A stretch of DNA of 64,000 nucleotides from an uncultured Acidimicrobiia bacterium (GTDB taxonomy: Bacteria > Actinomycetota > Acidimicrobiia > IMCC26256 > JAENVU01), in the NCBI GenBank assembly GCA_963801105.1, contig CAWDDH010000003.1, positions 3,642,056 to 3,706,055 of the forward strand. Direction: 5' to 3'. How positions within the stretch are numbered: position 1 is the first letter of the stretch; each line of letters starts with the position of its first letter. This document shows positions 58,665-64,000 of the stretch, piece after piece. The notes beneath the pieces are model-generated. The model saw only the letters and a list, made by a program, of their open reading frames with translations, was not told the DNA's origin and made no database searches. A program made the position numbers and the translations under genes.

Positions 58665-60929
58665 CTACGGTACCCCCCAGCCCCTCGGAGTTGCCCCGCT
58701 CGAGACGTCGGCAAGATCCGAGGCGGCGGCCGGCGCGGGAGCCGGGACCGCGGGGGTGGCGGTCACGACCATCCCGCCCGCCGGCCCCGCGGCCTGGGGG
58801 GTCTCGTGTGACGCGCCCTCCAGATCGAGATGCGGCAGGATGCGGTCGAGCCACTTCGGGAGCCACCAGGCCGCGGGGCCGAGGAAGCGCATGACCGCGG
58901 GAACGAGGAAGAGGCGCACGATCGTGGCGTCGACGAACACGGCCGCCGCCATACCGACGCCCATCATCTTCACCGTCGGCTGCGGGCTGATCACGAAGCC
59001 GAGGAAGACCGAGATCATGATCCCCGCGGCGGCCGTGATGACCCGCGCCGTCTTCGCGACTCCGACCGCGACCGCCTCGCGTGCGTCTCCGAGTCGGAGG
59101 TACTCCTCCCGGATGCGCGAGAGCAGGAACACCTCGTAGTCCATCGAGAGCCCGAACAGGATCGCGAACATCATCAGTGGGATGAACGCGACGATCGGGA
59201 TCGCCTGGTGCACTCCGATGAGCTCACGGCCCCAGCCCCACTGGAACACGGCCACGATCACGCCGTAGGCCGCGCCGATCGAGAGCAGGTTCATGACCGC
59301 GGCCTTGAGCGGAACGAGGAGCGACCGGAACACCACCATCAGCAGCAAGAACGCACCGGCCACGACGATCCCGATGCACGCGAGGAGGCGGTCCGAGATG
59401 CGGTCGGTCACGTCGATCAGCGAGGCGGTCTGCCCGCCGACGAACACCCGGCCGGCGAGCACGGTGCCGGCCGTCGCCCGCGGGATCGTCGTCCGCCGGA
59501 GCGTCCGGACGAGCCGTTGGGTCGACACCGCGTTCGGGGCGTGCTTCGGCGTGACGATCACGATCGCGGCGTTCTTGCTCGGGCTGGGAATCGGTGGGCT
59601 CACCCCGTCGACGTCCGGTGCCTTGCCGATTGCGCCGACGAGCTTCTCCACGGCCGCGAGCTCCGCGCCTTCGGTCGCGGCGGTCGGCGTCGGCAGCGAC
59701 ATCGCGACGAGGAGCGGTGCGTTCGCGCCCTCGCCGAAGCCCTCGGAGACGAGGTCGTAGGCCCGGCGCTGGGTGAAGGTCGTGGGGACGTTCCCATCGT
59801 CGGTGAAGCCGAGGCGCAGATCGAGCAGCGGAGAAGCCAGCACCGCGAGCAGCAGCACCGAGACCGCGGTGAAGAGACCGGCCCGGTGCGCGACCGCGTG
59901 GGCGAAGCGGTACCAGACGCCACCGACGTCCTCCGCGCGCTCCACGTTCCGGTGCTTGCGGGTGATGCGCTCGCCCGCGATCGCGAGCACTGCGGGCAGG
60001 AGCGTGAGCGCGGCGACGACCATGATCGCCACGTAGAGCCCGGCCGAATATCCGAGCGTCGCGACGTACGGGATACCCGCGACCGCAAGACCGCACAGCG
60101 CCATTGCCACGCAGCACCCGGCGAACAGCGACGCGGCACCGGCGGTGCCGAGCGAGTGCCCGATGGCCGCGACGTGTGCCATGCCGCTGTCACGGTTCTG
60201 GAGGTACCGGCTGACGACGAGCAGCGAGTAGTCGATGCCCACGCCCAGGCCGATCATCGCACCGAGGATCGGGGCGACCGTCCCGATCGTCATGTGCGAC
60301 GCGACGAGCATCAGCGTCATCGAGGAGACCCCGACCGCGAGCAGCGCCACGCCGATCGGGAGCACCGCGGCGAGCAGCGTGCCGAAGAGGAAGAGCAGGA
60401 TGACCACCGCGGCGACGATCCCGATGAGGTCGGCCGAGTCGGAGCTCTGCGAGTTCTGGATGTCGACGACCGTGCCGCCGTACTCCACGTCGATCCCGGC
60501 CGCGCGGGCCGGCGCGCCGGCGGACTCGAGCGCCTCGAAAGCGCCCTTGGGCAGATCCGAGAACGAGCCGTGGTAGCTGGCGGTCGCCACTGCGATCCGC
60601 CCGTCGGCCGACACCCGCGGCACGGTGCCGAAGGGGTTGGTGACGTTCGCGACGCCGGGCAGGTCCGACACCGCGGCGAGCACCTTCCCGATCGCGGCGC
60701 GATCGGCGGAGTCGGAGAGCGTGCCCGTCCGCGTCGCGAACACGATCGACGCCGTCGGGTCCTGCTGGGACGGGAACCGCGTCTCGAGCAGGTTGGTCGC
60801 GTCCTGCGAGTTGGTGCCGGGAACGCTGAACACGTCGCGGTAGACATCGTGCAGGTGCGACGCCGGGACGAGCAGCGCCACCACCGCGAGCAGCCATGCG
60901 CCGATGACCCACCACCGGCGCCGGGCCAT
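58665..60929 (-). CDS. MMPL (RND superfamily) transporter
   Basis: RRRWWVIGAW, GVGIDYSLLVVSRY, FRSLLVPLKA, GLSMDYEVFLLSRIREEY, DATIVR..VPAVM..AAWWLPKWL; true start may lie up to about 60 nt further upstream. Confidence 0.94.
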   Translation of the reverse strand: MARRRWWVIGAWLLAVVALLVPASHLHDVYRDVFSVPGTNSQDATNLLETRFPSQQDPTASIVFATRTGTLSDSADRAAIGKVLAAVSDLPGVANVTNPFGTVPRVSADGRIAVATASYHGSFSDLPKGAFEALESAGAPARAAGIDVEYGGTVVDIQNSQSSDSADLIGIVAAVVILLFLFGTLLAAVLPIGVALLAVGVSSMTLMLVASHMTIGTVAPILGAMIGLGVGIDYSLLVVSRYLQNRDSGMAHVAAIGHSLGTAGAASLFAGCCVAMALCGLAVAGIPYVATLGYSAGLYVAIMVVAALTLLPAVLAIAGERITRKHRNVERAEDVGGVWYRFAHAVAHRAGLFTAVSVLLLAVLASPLLDLRLGFTDDGNVPTTFTQRRAYDLVSEGFGEGANAPLLVAMSLPTPTAATEGAELAAVEKLVGAIGKAPDVDGVSPPIPSPSKNAAIVIVTPKHAPNAVSTQRLVRTLRRTTIPRATAGTVLAGRVFVGGQTASLIDVTDRISDRLLACIGIVVAGAFLLLMVVFRSLLVPLKAAVMNLLSIGAAYGVIVAVFQWGWGRELIGVHQAIPIVAFIPLMMFAILFGLSMDYEVFLLSRIREEYLRLGDAREAVAVGVAKTARVITAAAGIMISVFLGFVISPQPTVKMMGVGMAAAVFVDATIVRLFLVPAVMRFLGPAAWWLPKWLDRILPHLDLEGASHETPQAAGPAGGMVVTATPAVPAPAPAAASDLADVSSGATPRGWGVP

Positions 60930-60991
60930 GAAGCGGCCGAGCCGCTCCAGCCCGCGCGGGCGGGACGCGCCGTCCGGCGGGTCCGATGGGT

Positions 60992-63274
60992 CTACTGCTG
61001 TTGCTGCGCCAACAGGTTGAGTGCCGAGCCCGCTCGGAACCACGCGATGTGCTCCTCCGACATGGTGTGGGTCGTGGTGACCTCGTCGGTGGTGCCATCG
61101 GCGTGGTGGAGGACGACCTTGACCGGGCGCCCCGGGGCGAGCTCGGCGAGCCCGGTGATGTCGACGGTGTCGTCGGCCTGCACGCGGTCGTAGTCCGCGG
61201 GATCGGCGAAGGTGAGCGCGAGCACCCCCTGCTTCTTGAGGTTCGCCTCGTGGATCCGGGCGAAGGAGCGCACGATGACCGCTTTGCCCCCCATGAAGCG
61301 GGGCTCCATCGCGGCGTGCTCCCGCGAGGAGCCCTCCCCGTAGTTCTCGTCGCCGATCGCGACCCAGGCGATGGCGGCGTCCTTGTACCGCTTCGCGAGT
61401 TCGGGCAGGCCGACGTGCTCGCCGTCGCGCACGTCGATCCCCACGCCCGACTCACCCGGCGTGAAGGCGTTGTTCACGCCGATGAAGAGGTTCCCCGAGA
61501 TGTTGGTGAGGTGGCCACGGAAGCGCAGCCACTGCCCCGCCGGCGAGATGTGGTCGGTCGTGCACTTCCCAGCCGCCTTCATGAGCACGCGCAAGCCGGT
61601 GGAGTCCTCCCCGTCCCACGCCGCGAAGGGGGTCAGGAGCTCGATCCGCTCGCTGGTCGGGCTGACCACGACCTCGACCGAGCTCGGATCGGCGGCCGGC
61701 GCGGAGAACCCGGACTCCCCCCGGTCGAAGCCCTTGCTCGGCAGCTCGTCGGCGACCGGTGCGACCAGGCGCACCTCGGCGCCATCGGGTGCGGTGATCG
61801 GCTCGCGGACGAAGTCCACGTCGAGCCGACCGGTGAGCGCCATCGCGGTCACGGTCTCGGGGGACCCGATGAACGACAGCGTCTGCGGGTTGCCGTCGTT
61901 GCGGGCCGGGAAGTTGCGGTTGAACGACGACACGATCGTGTTGACGTCGCCCTTGCTGATGTCATCGCGCTGCCACTGGCCGATGCACGGCCCACACGCG
62001 TTGGCGAGCACCGTCGCGCCGATCGCCTCCAGGTCGGCGAGGAGTCCGTCGCGCGCGATGGTGGCGCGCACCTGCTCCGAACCGGGAGTGATGAGCAACG
62101 GTGTCTTGACCCGCAGACCCGCGGCCGACGCCTGGCGGGCGACGTTCGCGGCGCGCCCGATGTCCTCGTAGCTCGAGTTCGTGCAGGAGCCCACGAGCGC
62201 CGCGGAGATCTCGGCCGGGTAGCCCTCGGATTCCACCGCGGCCCGGACCTCCGAGATCGGGCGGTCCAGGTCGGGCGTGTGAGGACCGACGAGGTGCGGT
62301 TCGAGCGCGGAGAGGTCGATCTCGATCACGCGGTCGTAGAACCGCTCCGGATCCGCGTCGACCTCGGGGTCGTTGCGCAGGTGCTCCGCGGAGTGGTCGG
62401 CCAGGTCGGCGAGCTCCTCGCGGCCGGTGGCCTTGAGGTAGCGGGCGATCGCGTCGTCGTAGTGGAACACCGAGCAGGTCGCCCCGATCTCGGCACCCAT
62501 GTTGCAGATCGTGGCCTTGCCGGTGGCCGAGATCGACGCCGCGCCGGGTCCGAAGTACTCCACGATCGCGCCGGTGCCACCCTTCACCGTGAGGATGCCG
62601 GCGACCTTGAGGATGATGTCCTTGGGCGCGGCCCACCCGGACAGCTCCCCGGTGAGCTTCACCCCGATCAGGCGCGGTACCCGCGTGTTGAACGGCCACC
62701 CGGCCATGACGTCGACGGCGTCGGCACCGCCGACCCCGATCGCCACCATGCCGAGCCCGCCGGCGTTCGGCGTGTGGCTGTCGGTGCCGACCATCATCCC
62801 GCCGGGAAAGGCGTAGTTCTCGAGCACGACCTGGTGGATGATGCCCGACCCCGGCTTCCAGAAGCCGATGCCGTACTTGGCGCTCACGGTCCGGAGGAAC
62901 TCGTACACCTCGGAGTTCACGTCGAGGGCGTACTTCATGTCGGCGGCGGCACCGACGCGGGCCTGGATCAGGTGGTCGCAGTGCACCGTCGTGGGAACGG
63001 CCACGGTGGGGAGCTTCGCGAGGGTGAACTGGAGCAACGCCATCTGCGCGGTGGCATCCTGCATCGCGACCCGGTCGGGACGGTAGTCGCCGTAGTCCAC
63101 CCCGCGGTCGAAGCCAACCGTCTCGGGGTCGTCGGCGTGCGCGACGAGGATCTTCTCCACGAACGTCAGCGGCCGGCCGAGCCGGCGACGCGCAACGGCG
63201 GTGCGCTCGGGGAACTTCTCGTACGTAGCGCGGACGAGCTCGATCGGGGTGTTCGGTTCGACGACTTCAGCCAT
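60992..63274 (-). CDS. acn: Aconitate hydratase, mitochondrial-like type
   Basis: DRVAMQDATAQMALLQF, HCDHLI, VLENYAFPG..GTDSHTPNAGGLG, GSCTNSSYED, NACGPCIGQW, NRNF, TTDHIS, YGEGSSREHAA. Confidence 0.96.
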   Translation of the reverse strand: MAEVVEPNTPIELVRATYEKFPERTAVARRRLGRPLTFVEKILVAHADDPETVGFDRGVDYGDYRPDRVAMQDATAQMALLQFTLAKLPTVAVPTTVHCDHLIQARVGAAADMKYALDVNSEVYEFLRTVSAKYGIGFWKPGSGIIHQVVLENYAFPGGMMVGTDSHTPNAGGLGMVAIGVGGADAVDVMAGWPFNTRVPRLIGVKLTGELSGWAAPKDIILKVAGILTVKGGTGAIVEYFGPGAASISATGKATICNMGAEIGATCSVFHYDDAIARYLKATGREELADLADHSAEHLRNDPEVDADPERFYDRVIEIDLSALEPHLVGPHTPDLDRPISEVRAAVESEGYPAEISAALVGSCTNSSYEDIGRAANVARQASAAGLRVKTPLLITPGSEQVRATIARDGLLADLEAIGATVLANACGPCIGQWQRDDISKGDVNTIVSSFNRNFPARNDGNPQTLSFIGSPETVTAMALTGRLDVDFVREPITAPDGAEVRLVAPVADELPSKGFDRGESGFSAPAADPSSVEVVVSPTSERIELLTPFAAWDGEDSTGLRVLMKAAGKCTTDHISPAGQWLRFRGHLTNISGNLFIGVNNAFTPGESGVGIDVRDGEHVGLPELAKRYKDAAIAWVAIGDENYGEGSSREHAAMEPRFMGGKAVIVRSFARIHEANLKKQGVLALTFADPADYDRVQADDTVDITGLAELAPGRPVKVVLHHADGTTDEVTTTHTMSEEHIAWFRAGSALNLLAQQQQ

Positions 63275-63983
63275 GACTGACTCCAGTGACGTGGGGGGCG
63301 GGGAACTCGACTTCGAGGGCGGTCGACTGGGCGGGATACCGGTGCTCCGAGACCATGACCGCGGCGCCGCGCCGATCGTAGGTGACCCTCCGGCACGCGA
63401 GCACCGGGTCGCCGGCGTGCACCCCGAGCCGGGGCGCCTCCGTACGCTCGGCCGCGCGAGCCACGATCGTCTGCACCACGCGCCCGGCCTCGACGCCCTG
63501 GAGCGGGAGCAGCTCGAAGAACGTCGCGCGCTCGACGTCGGCCCGACTCACGTGGTCGCCGACGGCGGCCGGCAGCCACACCGTGACGAGCGCGAACGGC
63601 TCGCCGTCGGCCAGGTTCAGCCGCAGCACGCGCAGGACCTCGGCGTCGGCCGCGAGCCCCAGGGTCTTCGCGATCTCGGGCGAGGCCGGCTCGAAGCCGA
63701 ACTCCAGCACCCGCCGCTCCGGCCGGGCGCCCGCGGCCTCGAGCGCGGCCTCGATCGTGGTCACCCGACCGAGTGGTTGGCGGATCGGGTCGGAGAGCAC
63801 GAACCACCCGGCGCCGCGCCGGCTCGCGACGAGCCCCTCGTCGCGCAGCAGCTCGAGCGCCCGCCGGACCGTGACCCGGGAGACGCCGTGGCGCTCCCCC
63901 AGCTCGGCCTCGCTCGGCAGCGCCCCGGTCACACCGGTGGCGATCTCGTCGCGTAGCTCGGAGGCCAGGTCCAGGTACCGCAT
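63267..63983 (-). CDS. GntR-family (HutC/UTRA) regulator
   Basis: LPSEAELGERHGVSRVTVRRAL..RRGAGWFV; UTRA-like C-domain; overlaps the aconitase start. Confidence 0.93.
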   Translation of the reverse strand: MRYLDLASELRDEIATGVTGALPSEAELGERHGVSRVTVRRALELLRDEGLVASRRGAGWFVLSDPIRQPLGRVTTIEAALEAAGARPERRVLEFGFEPASPEIAKTLGLAADAEVLRVLRLNLADGEPFALVTVWLPAAVGDHVSRADVERATFFELLPLQGVEAGRVVQTIVARAAERTEAPRLGVHAGDPVLACRRVTYDRRGAAVMVSEHRYPAQSTALEVEFPAPHVTGVSHG

Positions 63984-64000
63984 CACTTGTATCGTACTTG

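Noticed and set aside
58830-63280. Long antisense and alternative-frame ORFs (58830-61193, 60986-63280; similarly 7308-9668, 35439-37628)
   Set aside because: Shadow ORFs expected at high GC; Arg/Pro/Gly-rich, no motifs, overlapping well-supported genes.

Overview
High-GC actinobacterial chromosome segment. Gene content and style (argS-lysA-hom beside tRNA-Arg(CCG), bpa, class II DAHP synthase, fused kgd, DAGK/whiB1/pdtaS, paired ArsA-like ATPases, DUF3107) point to Actinomycetota, most likely Acidimicrobiia (inference). About 50 CDSs and one tRNA; no CRISPR, rRNA, integrase or transposase was seen. About 12 apparent frameshifts, including in hom, kgd and mrp, suggest an unpolished long-read assembly. 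Main leads: (1) a GGDEF diguanylate cyclase starting with a ParB-type ParA-activating peptide (MARQGGLGRGLASLLP); (2) a sensor kinase / LuxR regulator / orphan Flp pilin / degenerate DnaB-C-only ATPase cassette after the tRNA; (3) an atypical Fe-S locus with a cysteine-free Mrp, a SufR-like regulator, a 92-bp MIRU-like tandem repeat of translationally coupled mini-ORFs, an IscS lacking the PLP lysine, VOC, DUF169 and NfuA, abutting an ATP-grasp + CCAEP-tail radical SAM pair that is followed by two unannotated small ORFs and a perfect 32-bp palindrome; (4) a tandem-cyclase STAND/TPR protein facing a secreted Ig-repeat protein. All family assignments come from motif recognition, not database searches.
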